From: Vicugna vicugna
Lineage: Eukaryota
Reading direction: 5' to 3'
DNA: 64,000 bases
NCBI GenBank assembly: GCA_013265495.1
Contig: MU057947.1
Span: 382,048 to 446,047, forward strand
Shown here piece after piece: positions 11,531-23,519 of this stretch. Made by a program: the position numbers and the translations under genes. The notes below the pieces were generated by a model. The model was not told the DNA's origin and ran no database searches. It saw nothing but the letters and a program-made list of their open reading frames with translations. Positions within the stretch are counted from its first letter, which is position 1, and every line of letters begins with the position of its first letter.

Positions 11531-12035
11531 AAGATGTGGTATATATACAGTGAAATATTACCCAGCCATAAAAAGGAATGAAATTTCGCCGTTTGCAGCA
11601 CTATGGATGGACCTGGAGGGTATTATGCTAAGTGAAGTAAGTCAGACAGAGAAAGACGATTACTGTATGATATCACTTGTATGTGGAATCTAAAAAATAT
11701 AACAAACTAGTAAATACAGCAACAACAACAACAACAAAAAACAGACTAGCAGATCTAGAGAACAAGCTGGTGGTTCATGTGAGGAGAGGGGAGTGGGGAG
11801 GGGTGCTATAGGCACAGAAGATTAAGAGGTACAAACTATTATGTATAAAATAAGTCATAAGGATACATTGTACAACGCAGGGGATATAAGCAATATTTTA
11901 TAATAACTATAAATGGAGTATAACCTTTAAAAATTATGAATCACTAAACTGCACACTGTAACATATAATATTTACATCAGCTATACTTCAATTTAAAAAG
12001 TGAATAAATTCCATAAAATAAAAACAAACTTAAAA
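11531..12035 (+). mobile_element. Cetartiodactyl L1 ORF2 C-terminus plus complete 3'UTR
   Basis: 'atggatggacctggagggtattatgctaagtgaagtaagtcagacagagaaagac', 'tgtggaatctaaaaaa', terminal 'ctatacttcaatttaaaaa'. Confidence 0.92.
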
Positions 12036-12699
12036 TTTAATGCTCTTAAAGGAATTTGGAAAATCCAAAAAGGGATAATAGAAGGAAACAAGACTCACGA
12101 ACGACCCACTAACGATTGCAGCAGTGCCGTCCACCAGTGGGACCAGTTCTTTCCGTACTTTTTGTTTGCAGGGAGGTGCACGTCTGTTTTTAAATTATAG
12201 TTATCACCGCCTTTACAAAGTTCGAGAAATTTCTTTCTGTGAACAGCCCACCAAATCCTGACTGTGTATTGATTACTGATGTAAACGTGCCCAGTCGGCA
12301 TCATGATACTGTCAGTGTGGGCCTTCCTCTCCTCTTCAGATACTCTGTGTTGTTGCCGAACCAGGTCCTCAGTCCCCTCCCGACTCCTTGAAGCTGGAGG
12401 TCACAGGGCACACCTGTGTCCAAGAGGATGCCCTCTCACCCCCAGGGACACACTGGTCCGGGTCATCACCTGCTTCCTAATGCCTGCGTTCAATTGGTTC
12501 CATTGCCATTAGCACCTAAGAGCATTTCATTTCCTTTAACGAAGCCAGAAAATGCATAAAGCATAGTAGTGTTTTGCTGGTAACTAAAAGCCGTGCTCTT
12601 CCGACCTGCAACTTTTTAACTGTTTGGCTGGACCACGGTGGTCCAGGGAAGAACTTCCTAGCGAAGCAGTGGCATGAGCTCCCTGAGTTCTGCTGGTGC

Positions 12700-13410
12700 C
12701 TCTCAAACTCCCCAACAGGTCTTGGAGCGTCTGGGGGCCTGACCTGCTCCCCGCCGCCGCCCTACCACACACACGGGCCCCCACACGCCGCCGGGCCCTT
12801 GGCTCCCACACTCCTGTCAGCAAACGCTGCCTGGGAGCCTGCCCCTCGCCTCACGCGCCCCGGCTGCAGGGAGAGCGCCGCGAGACTGCAGACGTTTTGG
12901 AAAACGGCATCCATACCTACGCGGTGTTTGTTTCACACCTGGGCCGTCACTGCTCCACACGTGGGGTTTCCCTACACTTTAAATCCACCTATGTGATCAG
13001 CAAAGATCATAGTCGTGACTACATGAGGTCGCCCTTGCTCTGGGTGAAGGTCGAACTCCCCTTCCAGGCGAGCGTGCGATCAAGCCCCCGTCTTCCTGCT
13101 GCTCCGCTGCGTCCGGCCCGCGCTGCGGCAGACCAGCCGGGGCAGCGCCTCCCGCCCCGCGCGCCGCCTGGGGCCAGGGCCGGCCCGCAGCCGAGGCACA
13201 GGCGGCTTGCGCAGAGCAGCCCCGGCCGCCCGCGACGTCGCGGACCGCAGAGGTCGGCCTGGCCACGTCCTGGGGCCGGTCCAGTCCTCAGAGCAGCGCT
13301 TCCAAGGCCGACGGCCGCTCGTCTTCTCACCAGATTTGATTCAGAGTCCCCTACACGCGGCAGGGCGGTTCTCTCGCGATTACCCGTATTTTAAGAAGTC
13401 GTCGTGATGT
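12700..13410. promoter_or_regulatory. CpG-island-like segment
   Basis: Very high GC and CpG density, no recognisable repeat, abrupt switch to AT-rich DNA after ~13410. Confidence 0.75.
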
Positions 13411-14729
13411 CTGGCTTAGAAATTGCACTCAAGCCCAGTGTCTCCAGTTTTCAAGTGATTTGCTGTCCTTATAAAACTCATGCCCTTGTTACTGGAATTA
13501 AGTCCCCACGATGTTTGTAAAATTTATTTCCGAATTGTGTCTGCTTTTATGGGCAAAAATAATCAGGCAAAGCCACCGGCTACAGAAACTGCAAACAAAA
13601 TGAACCTTTAAAAAGCTAATGAGTTAAGGGTGGTTGTGCAGACATATAACGTATGTTGGGAGCTTACACTATTTGTCATTAACACACATTCTGAAAGCTT
13701 CGCTAATATAATGTGACACAAAATTAGTCAAACACAATTCATGCAATATTGTTTAATTTTACTGCTCATTTAACTTGGTTTTAAGCAAAATCATTATGTC
13801 ACATGATAACGTTCACTTGAACAAGAAATATTTCATAATGGTCGCCGCCTTTAGGAATGAGTTATTAGGGGTTCCATGCTGAACACATTCTTAACTATGA
13901 AAACTATAAAGCTAATAGCTTAATCATATTTTGACACCATCTACATACTTTATGCATTATTTACAAGAAAGATATAAAACTGAAACCACTGAATATCTCA
14001 CACAATACTTCACAGTCATAGTTAACTGGTTAAAAATATAACACATTTATCTTCCAGGGGCTTTATATTTGCATATAGATATTTGCATAGCATGTTGCGA
14101 TGTGCTGTTAATGTAAAATTTAACCTTTGTTCTTTCTCTCTGATGGGCAAGGTACACTCATTAAGTTAAAAATAATGACAAAAATAAGTCTTCTGGTGAT
14201 ACACATTTCATAAATGATTCCCCAGAGCAGTGCGGAAAGGTAAAATGAGGGTGGGAAAATGTTTAATTGAATTAATTCCTCATTTTTCTGTATTTTTATT
14301 TTACATCTCAGAGATAGAGCGATTTGACGAGGATACATCAACCCCGTGAATTGCAAAGGATCTTCCTCTCAGTTATTCGAGGTGTCAGCCTCTTAATCCT
14401 GTATTGAAACACTTCCCCATTTCAGGACTGAGATGAACGCACAGCCTCTTTCTGCGCACCTGTTAGACGGGTGGCTGTTTAGTGAACAGAGGGAAACAAG
14501 CCACATGCAGAGAACGTACTGCAGTATCGCCCAACGTTTGCGCAAACGGAGGCGTCAGTTTGCGTTAGGTTATAATGTACGGTGTCAGTTTCTCCTAAAA
14601 CCTGAATGTGAACTTTTACAGAAGTGAGACAGCAACTGAGAAAGCTGGTGAGACTGTCGTCGAAACACCTAAATTCCAAATTCTCCTTTTCCCTGTTGCT
14701 ATATCCTGCATCGAAAATGCATTGTTGAA

Positions 14730-14970
14730 GGAAAAACAAAATCAACAAACGAAACTAAAACAGGACACACACGTAGACACAGAGCACAGGGTAGTGGTTA
14801 CCAGAGTGGGAGGGGCAGGGGTGGGGGGAGTGAAGCGGGAAAGAGGGACAACTCTATGGTGACAACTGGAAACTGAGTTTTTGTGGTGAGCACACCGTAG
14901 GGTGTACAGACGTACAAACAGAACGTTTTCCTCACGAAACTTATAAACAATGTCACCTCAATAAAAATAC
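14730..14970 (+). mobile_element. L1 3'UTR fragment
   Basis: 'gtagacacagagcacagggtagtggttaccagag', G-rich tract, 'tttttgtggtgagcacac', terminal 'aatgtcacctcaataaaaa'. Confidence 0.85.
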
Positions 14971-16549
14971 ATTTTAGTTTTAATTGAATGAATTGAATTC
15001 ATTGTTGAATTAGACCCTATCTGAAGTCGCAAGACATTGGAAGAGGAGGGGGACCCGGGGGAGCCACTCCATGCACACCAGGCTGCGGCCCAAGGCCTTT
15101 CGTGAACGGTTCCGTTTCCCGGGTCTCTACTCAAGACGACTGCAGTTCAGAGAAGTGTGCACCCTGACTCAAAGCAGCTGGTGAGAAGGGGCCACACCGA
15201 CATCCAAGTCTCAGCAGGGGGGCATCCAGGAGATTGGGCCAGGCAGCCCAGGGTGCTCAGGGAGGGCCAGAGGATGCAGGCCTGGGGAGGGGCTGCAGGA
15301 ACAAGGCAGGGAGTGGGGCCCACCAGAGGTCTGCGAGGTGCAGAGGCATTATCCCAGGGCCCAGGGCCCCAGGACGGGACTGCTCCCCACTGTTTTTTCC
15401 TTCTAGAATACTCAAGCTGGCAACTCAGGGCCAAGACCCACATGAGAAATCCTGGGCCCAGGGAGGGAGGGAAAGACCTGTGGTCACACAGCCATCAGCA
15501 GCCATGGAGCCTGGGCAGTGGGCTCCGGACCCCCAGGCCAGTGCTCCCTGACGCCGCGTTGCGTCATGGGTGGTGGTGATGCAGGGGTTCCTCTGGATTT
15601 CCGGAAGGAGTCCGGGGGCAGGGATTTTGCCTGATTCCTCTCTCCAGGGCAACCACAGGGCCTCACGCTTGCTGGGACCACCAGCCCACACCTCCCGCGT
15701 TGACCTCCGTGGACGGCCTCTTTTAGGGGGAAGACGACACAGTTTCTGGTGTGTTTCCTGGGTGCAGTCAGAATCACATCCACTGATTCTGAGAAGGATG
15801 CACCTGTCTCTGCGGGGCTGCAGTCACCCCTCCTGGCCACATTCATCCAACCGAGTGCCTTGGAATCAGTCCCGCACCGCAGGTGCCCCCGACTCCCATT
15901 CTCCAGCAAAGCATTATTTTTCCCTTTAATGAACATATAATATACAAGTGGTCATAAAACCTCCATGAGCAATGGGTGTTTACTTGGGCTATTTAGTTGA
16001 ATCTTCTGGTGAGTGTTACTTTCTCATTTTGGAACCACTGGAAAGATAAATGCATTGTGATTAGACCTCATTTTCTGTAAGAAAGGAAAGAATGACCCCA
16101 AAAAGGCTGAGCGTTTTTTGAACAAGCAGTGGCGCTGACTCTAACTCACCGTCTGGGCCCCCTTGAAACGGAGGCAGAGACGTTTGGCAGAAACACAGTA
16201 TTGAACTTCCACATTTTTGCCATGTTTTTTCCGGACTCCTGTGTGTCTGCAATTGTTCTTGTAAAGGTTCTCACCGAGGTAAATAAAATTGTAGAAGCTT
16301 GGAAACATACTATTACTACAGCACAGAGCTAAGGTGTACAGAACGGGAAATAACTCTCCGAGGGATAAATTACACGTGATGAGAGCTAAAAGAATATAGC
16401 TCCTATTTCAGAAGTTTTCCAGGCGAAGGCAGGGATTTGGCAGTTTGAGCGTGCCTTTCAAGACAATGCACGCTCACCAAAAACATTATTTTTCACAGAG
16501 CGCCCCAGAGGCCGCGGCCGTCACATGATGCCACGGTGATTCCATACCC

Positions 16550-17060
16550 TCAAATTCAACACGGATCTTCTTTATTAATTTTAATTTGTCATCAATAGGC
16601 TGACAGGCACTCTTTGGGCAAGAAATACTGCATTAACTGTTTCACTCACTGTGGCAGCTATTAAAACCGAGATGGTGATTAGCGGGAATGAGGTCAAACT
16701 GAGTAATGCGAGTCTAAGTCGCTACCAGCGAAATGTATAACACAGGAGGATTTATTATGTTCACTTGCTGAAATGTAATTTAAAAACAGGCTCTCACCAC
16801 CTGCTAGGCTGGCTCGGAGGGTTCCTCAGATCACTGAAACACTTCCCGCTAATACGTTCATTTGCTTCCGGCATATATTGCATTTACTGTATTTCTAATA
16901 ACTGCAGATAAAATCAACTTAATTGTTGCTATCTACTTCATGTAAACATAGCAGGTCAATAAATCACCCTGTGATTAGCTCAAACAATGCAAATTAGGGT
17001 GATTTAATCATCAAGATAGGCGAGAGAAAAAATTAGTATTTATAACCTCCTTGCAAAGAA
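16550..17060. promoter_or_regulatory. Candidate developmental enhancer (CNE-like)
   Basis: Repeat-free; TAAT cores, TGACAG 16601, TGTAAACA 16941, CAATAAATCA 16957, overlapping AACAAT/ATGCAAAT ~16983-16994. Confidence 0.5.
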
Positions 17061-17446
17061 CTAAATTTAGTTCTCTTATCGAAGAAGCTGTTTGCTAAAC
17101 AAGGATGTCCCTTGGATGCTGAAAGAGTTCACTCGGCTAGAAATAACGTGACTGGCTATTAACGTGCAGAAGAAATGATAAATGTTTACAGATGCTAGAT
17201 GTTCACTAGGAAACTTCAGGTGTGCACTTTGTGAAAAATCAGAAACCCAGGCATGTTGGCAGGAATCAATGCTGATCTGGAAATTACAGTCCAAAGCCTT
17301 TGGCTGTACTTTTTAAGGAATTCAGATCAATGGAGAGTTCTCCATAATCGCTTAAAACTGTTTTTACTGGGAGGCCATTTAAATTGCAGTCTAAAAATAG
17401 ACTGCATATTTTAAGTGAGCACTGTATTTTAAATATAGAGGTGGTT

Positions 17447-17476
17447 TTTTGTTTGTTTGTTTGTTTGTTTGTTTTT
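17447..17476. repeat. (TTTG)n microsatellite
   Basis: Direct reading. Confidence 0.9.
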
Positions 17477-17777
17477 AATGAGAGCCCAAGATACAAAGCA
17501 GCTAAAATTACCTTACTTGGTGTTGAATCCTTACACTGAGCATCATTTAAGCCACTTCAAGATCTTTCTGACCTGGGTCTGCAGGTGGTAAGGAATAGGC
17601 TGTATGACAGGCAAACCAGCAAAGCCAGAATAAAACCATCTGACAACTCCAGGCCGAGTTTCTGTGACCCGAGGCCTGGAGGAGTCCACCCAGATTCCGG
17701 AGAGCACTGGTTAAAGGAGGAGCCAGCCCTAACCACTTTTCCCTACAACTTTTACACCTGGGCACTTGCCCAAAAAA

Positions 17778-17878
17778 GGAAGGGAGGGAGGGAGAGAGAG
17801 AGAGAGAGAATGAAAGACAGAGAAAATGAGGAAGGAAGGGATGGAGGGAGGGAGGGAGGAAAGGAAGGAAGAAAGGAA
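17778..17878. repeat. Polypurine (GA)n/(GGGA)n/(GGAA)n low-complexity tract
   Basis: Direct reading. Confidence 0.9.
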
Positions 17879-20479
17879 ATGAAATTTTAGCTTAGCCATC
17901 CTGGAGTGGGGTGGTAAAAATCATATCTTCGCACAAAATTTGTAAAAATCACAAGTCTTTTTTTATTTTAAGGAATATCAAGAACTATTTTAAGAAGTAT
18001 TTTTAAAAATTCTTTTCTGAATAGTCCGTGTGTCCCATAAAACAAGATAAACCCAAACTCAAGAGAGCCTGCAATTAATTGAGGGCTTTGCTTCATCGTG
18101 GGCAGAACTGTCATCAGCACCACTGTAAGTCTTGTTTCAAATCCTCAAAAAAAAACACAGCCAATAAGTATCGCCCTTATACAATTGCCACCTCTAACGG
18201 GGGCTTGGTATGAACGCAAGGGGAATATGTAAAGAAAAAGGCGCGTGGAAGGAGGCCTGTGTCTGCCTCTCCCACTCCCGCAAGCTGCCTCTCGCTTAAA
18301 CCAAGCAGGGCTGGAGGAGGCAATTTCAGTGGCAGTGTCTCCGGTGCCAGAGCTGTCACATTAGGAAATCAGAGAACTTCAAGAAGAAAACCTATGAATG
18401 CTAAACATTGCCGTCCTGTTTGCAGAGCCCGGCCCCGACCTGGCCCACGGAAAAGGAGTAACTGGGCACGGGCGCCCCGGAGGCACTGGGCTCCCCTGCC
18501 CCTCCCTGCCGGCCGCACTTGGGCTGCCAGATGCCCGGCATCCAAGGCAGCCACTACGGGCTTTCCCGATCAGCTCGATTTGAATCAATGATGGAAGCGA
18601 TGTCTGTAATTCAGCATCAAGCAGCCCTGGTGTCTGGTGTTAATTTGCGCTGTTGTTTTGGCAGGTAATCCAAGGCCCCCTCTCATCTGACATGTCAGGT
18701 CTACAATCAAACAAAGAGGACGGTGAATTCACTTTTACAGTTAGGCGAGCTGAATGCTATTACCCGTGTATTTGTCACCGACCTGCAGATCCCAGCCTCT
18801 CATCTGCCATCCGGACGGATGCTACAAAGTGAAGAGCTGGGGACATGCATTTCCCAGTAACTACCTGCTGCCAGCTATTATTTTAAGGATCCTGTGATTT
18901 TCTTTTATTTTGAGTAGAAAAAACAAGGCAGCTGTGGTAATAAAAAGGCGTATCAACTAGTCAGTCCCTGGCAGATTTGTCACTGGTGTGGATACAGCGC
19001 AGCCTTCTTTGTTGTCGTTGCTAGAGAATGTATACACTCGAATATAATATTGTAAATCTAGAGTATGTGCTTCCAATAAAACCCTTTTTAGTACCTTGCA
19101 TACTGGTAAACAAAATAAAAACGTATGCATCTTGTAAAGAACTGCCAATGCACATATACGCGCAGGATGCCACCTGCATGTCACACGTCGACAGGAGATA
19201 TTTTACATTATATGATTTGGGGGTGAGAGTTATTATTTTTTATTCCTAAATCACATTAACATAGCTCTGCAGCCATACATTACCACAGCTCTCCAATAAT
19301 ATTCCTAAATATTTCCTAATGATGGATTGTATTTTAGGGCCTTTGAGGACCCAAGTTTAACTATATAATTCCAAGTTGTGAATGAAATGGCAAAAACCAA
19401 GTGCTTCGGTTAAGTCTTTCACTTCTGCACATTGCATAATTATATCCATTTTTGCTCCTCCAAAGAAAGCCTCAAAAATCATCTGTCACCAATAAAACGT
19501 GAGTCATTCACTGTCTTTTCAAGTTAATTAGGGCACAGCCTTAAAGAGGTGATCACTCCAAGGCGATTTCTCAAAAATCACCACCAGGTGCTTGCCAAGC
19601 CACATCATTCCAGGTGACGCGTCTGTCTTCACCTGCTGTATTTTGAAAGCCACCTGGGACTTCCGAATCGGGCCGCGACGCTGCTGCCCGGCACACCAGC
19701 CCCTGCCCCAGCGTGTGTCCCCAGGACCCACACGTTGAACAAAGAGGCGCTCCTCGCCCCCAGAGCCCGGCCCAAACAAAGGGTGATGAATGGCTCGGGG
19801 AGCAGCGATGCCAGCCAGCCGGAGCAGCTCGGGTCTTCGCAGGAGGAATGGAAAGAGCTTCCGCTTTAAATACTTGCTGTTTCATTCATCAGTAGAGCAC
19901 GTACACCCAGAAACAGATATTCGAACATTATTTCTCCAAGACTCCATTTCGCACATTGTAACCACGTGTGGTGCCTTTTTACGGCACAGGAAGCGGGTTC
20001 TAGGGGCCGAGAGAGAATTCAGAGGGGCCATCCGTTCTCACCCTGGATTTTGTCTGTCACGGGGTCTCTCGAAGTTCCACAGTAACATATAACCCACCCA
20101 GGGTTAAGAATCTAAGTTTTGGTCAGATTTTACTGTTTCTACACAATCTGTTGCTCACAGCATGGCCTGTCTCCGTGTGAACATGAGCACTTTTCCTATT
20201 ATTTAAAGGGAAAACAAGCAGAAGATGTTCCTACAGATGTAACATCCTGCATTTTGAAATATATTTTAAAACATCACTGAGGTTACAATAGTCATAAGGT
20301 GCTACTTTGTAATTGTCCACTGGTAACATTTCTTTTCTTTTCATTGTGTGTAGGGAGAGGAGGCTGAAATGACACTGATATTGAAGGGACCTAGGAGTGA
20401 CAAAATAACTCCCCCCAGGGTCTCCTGCACACAGATGTACATTGAGTCTGCTGTTGCCATTTGAAGCCTGTTGCTTGCA

Positions 20480-20870
20480 CCCCACAAGGCCCTGCACCAT
20501 CTGCCCGCACACCTGTGGGCCCCCTGGCAAGACAACTCCCTCCCGTGCGCTGTGCTTGGTCACCCTGGCCTGTTTCCTGTGCAGGACCCTGGCCAGGATG
20601 TGGCTCCCCTCTCTTGATCCAGTTTCAGCTATTAGCTCAAATGCCACTTCCTCCAGGAAGGCCTCCAAGACAGATTCCAAATCACATTCCTTCCTGTGCC
20701 CTGCAGTGCTCTTCCCAGGGCTTCTACAGTCTGACTTCTTGATTCACCCTCACTAGGGGGTGAGTTCCCAGAAACAGGCCCACCACGATTCCCTGCTCAG
20801 CCCTAGTGCACCCCTGGCATGGAGCAAGCTCTGTGCTAATTTGTTCACTGATGAATGAATGAATGAATGA
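20480..20870 (+). mobile_element. L2 3' end
   Basis: 'agctcaaatgccacttcctccaggaaggcctcc', 'cctagtgcacccctggcatggagcaagctc', (TGAA)n tail at ~20852-20870. Confidence 0.85.
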
Positions 20871-21284
20871 TTATGATTTGTTCGGTTTTTATAAACAGGC
20901 AAATAGACAATTCCGTCTAAAAGATTTTACTAGCATCTCATTTTCGACCTGAATCATTTAAATTGTTTTGTCTAACAATCCAAAATCTCACAGTGCTTAG
21001 GGCTATGTGAACTTAGCGTCTAGGTGCAGAAAATCCAGTCTGAGAATTATTAAAACTATGAAAAGCCGCATCCACGGACACAAGCTTTTTTGGCACATTA
21101 AGAAAAGAAACCAGCAGGTGTGGGTCTTTGTGACCATTCCATGAAGATACTTTCACTTTGCACTTGCAAATTCCAGACTCAGCTTTGGCTGTGACTTTAG
21201 AAATTGTTAGATTGAACTTTAGGGATTTCAAGGAGGGAAGAGTGCCTGCTTCACTGCTGAGGACTCCAGAGAGAAGTCCGTGCT

Positions 21285-21330
21285 TGTGTGTGTGTGTGCG
21301 CGCGCGTGCAGGAGAGAGAGTGAGAGACAG
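21285..21330. repeat. (TG)n(CG)n alternating tract followed by (GA)n
   Basis: tgtgtgtgtgtgtgcgcgcgcgtgca at 21285-21310. Confidence 0.9.
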
Positions 21331-22184
21331 AGGAGGGGGAGGCTGCCGTGGTGGTTATTTTATGCGTGTGCTTCACCAGATCTGCTGACTTCTCCCGGCA
21401 TTGCCTTTCTGGGAGAAAGGCCAATTTTCTTCATTTTTTTAAATATCATAACATTTGTGTTAGCAAAAACTACCATCAATGCCATCAGCTACAGAATTCC
21501 AGTTTAATTTCCATTTTGAGTTTATCAAAATTTGAGAAAAATGTCTTTGGGGAATACAATTATCTGTGCTTAGCCTCAGCCCACAAATAAACACAAACCA
21601 ACTGTTCCCTGCAGCAGGGAACGTTCGGGAAAGTCCCGCCTAAGTGTAGACGCCGCAGCCAAGGCAGAACCTGGAACCGGACCCCACAGTGTAATCTCAA
21701 CAACACGGTTCTGAGCCCGGAGACCACACCATGCGGTCTAGCATATTGAATCTGTAAAAATCACATTAGGAGGATACACCATGTTTGTAAAAAACAAATG
21801 CTGATTTCTCACTCGGGTTCTTACCTGAGCTTCTTGTCTGGCGACTTTTCATGGCATATTTGGACAAAATAGCATTTACGTCGTGTAAGACGCAGACATA
21901 AGGAGTCATGGCATTTTAATATTTTAATATTTGAGAACCGCCTCGTGCTTCAGTGATGGTTAAACCTGGTTAAACTCCCATCGGTGATGCCGATTATTCG
22001 AGGATCTAATTTCTTCCTCTGGCTTCATTTAAAATCATAATCCTTCTCAACAGTTACTCTTTATTGTTTTTATAATCTTACTTCTTGGATATTAATGAAT
22101 CTCAGGAGTTCCAAAAACTGTATTTGCGGGTTTTTAACAAGCCATTTGAAAAATATATTTAGTAAACTAATTAAGCTTAGAATA

Positions 22185-22718
22185 TGTTTTATTTTTTAAA
22201 TTTTGTCAAGTTGTGTATAATTTTTAAAGGTTATTTTCCATTTACATTTATTGCAAAACATTGGCTGTATTCCCTGTGTTGTACACACATCCTTGAGCCT
22301 GTCTCACATCCAGCGGTTTGTGCCTCTCACTCCCCTACCCCTGGGCAGCCCCTCTCCCCTCCCACTGGCAACCGCTAGTTTGTTCCCTATATCTGAGTCT
22401 GCTTCTTGTTTGTTATATTCACTAGTTTGTTGTAATTTTTTAGATTCCACACATACAAGTGATATAAAGTATTGCTTTTTCTCTGTCTGACTTATTTCAC
22501 TTAGTATAATACCCTCCAAGCCCATCCATGCTGCTGCCAATGGCAAAATTTTCATTCTTTTTTTATTGCTAAGTAATATTCCATTGTGTGTGTGTGTGTG
22601 TGTGTGTGTATTATATATATCTCATATCTTCTTTTTCCAGTCATCTGTTGATGGACACTCAGGTTGCTTCCATGTCTTGGCAACTGTAAATAATGCTGCA
22701 GTGGACATTGGGGCACAT
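22185..22718 (-). mobile_element. Cetartiodactyl L1 ORF2 C-terminus/3'UTR with (TG)n at ~22585-22609
   Basis: Minus-strand ORF 22304-22555 contains 'ILPLAAAWMGLEGIILSEISQTEK', the L1 ORF2p C-terminal motif; 'tttagattccaca'. Confidence 0.92.
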
Positions 22719-23519
22719 TAAACTTAGGGTACACTTCAGGCTGTTATCTGGAACATCAGTATTTATTAGTTCTGTGCAAACCACAGGCTGACTTGACAGT
22801 ACACGTCCCCTTGTCAGGGATGGTCAGCAACCTCCACCTTTCCCGGGTGGGAGGGGCATGCGCCCGGCTGTTTCCTGGCTCCTTGGTCCTTGATTAGCAC
22901 CGTTGGCTGGGCCCCCTCCAGGCAGGAGAAGGAACCTGGCACACTCAACCTGCATCAGTGGGTTGTCTTGACTTTTTTCCCTAAGAAAATAAGAAATAAC
23001 AAATGTCTGAAGTGTCATTAGACTGTATCGTCCGAGCCTGATCCATTCCACCTGGATGCAGGAATGAGCAGCGGGCGGGCTGCCTGCCACTCAGGCATTG
23101 GTGGCAGCGTAAGGAAGGCGTCCCATGGGGAGGACGGAGCGCTGTTCTCACACCCCGAACCAAACCCCCACCTTCTAACCTGTCTCCTTGTGTCACTGCC
23201 ACCCTCGGACGTGACAAATTCCCTTCATTCTTTTTCTTCCTCCTTCCCTTGAACGTAGTGTGGACGAGTCTCTCCTCCCACATGGTTTGATGGCTCATAT
23301 TCAGTCAAAGCCCCCTCACAGTCTGCATTTTATTTGCCTTCTCATGGGCTCTGCCCTGTGACTGAGCTCCCGGCCTTGTTCATTTCCTGTGTCGATCCCG
23401 GAGCTCTCGGTCTTCTGGTCCTTTTTGGATCCTTCGGCAATAAATGAATGATTCTAAAAGTCACGTATGTAATGTTGACGAGGCAGTCAGTGCGAAAACG
23501 TATGTTTCAGCGCGCGAGA

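Noticed and set aside
12696..13394. 232-aa ORF, the longest in the window
   Set aside because: Pro/Arg/Ala-rich product of a stop-poor CpG island; overlapping ORFs in several frames; no domain recognised.
21818..21910. Minus-strand donor CAG|GTAAGA with upstream gccATG (MKSRQTRSS)
   Set aside because: No acceptor or promoter support; peptide not recognised.
22304..22734. ORFs with real protein similarity
   Set aside because: They are broken L1 ORF2p C-terminal remnants, not a host gene.
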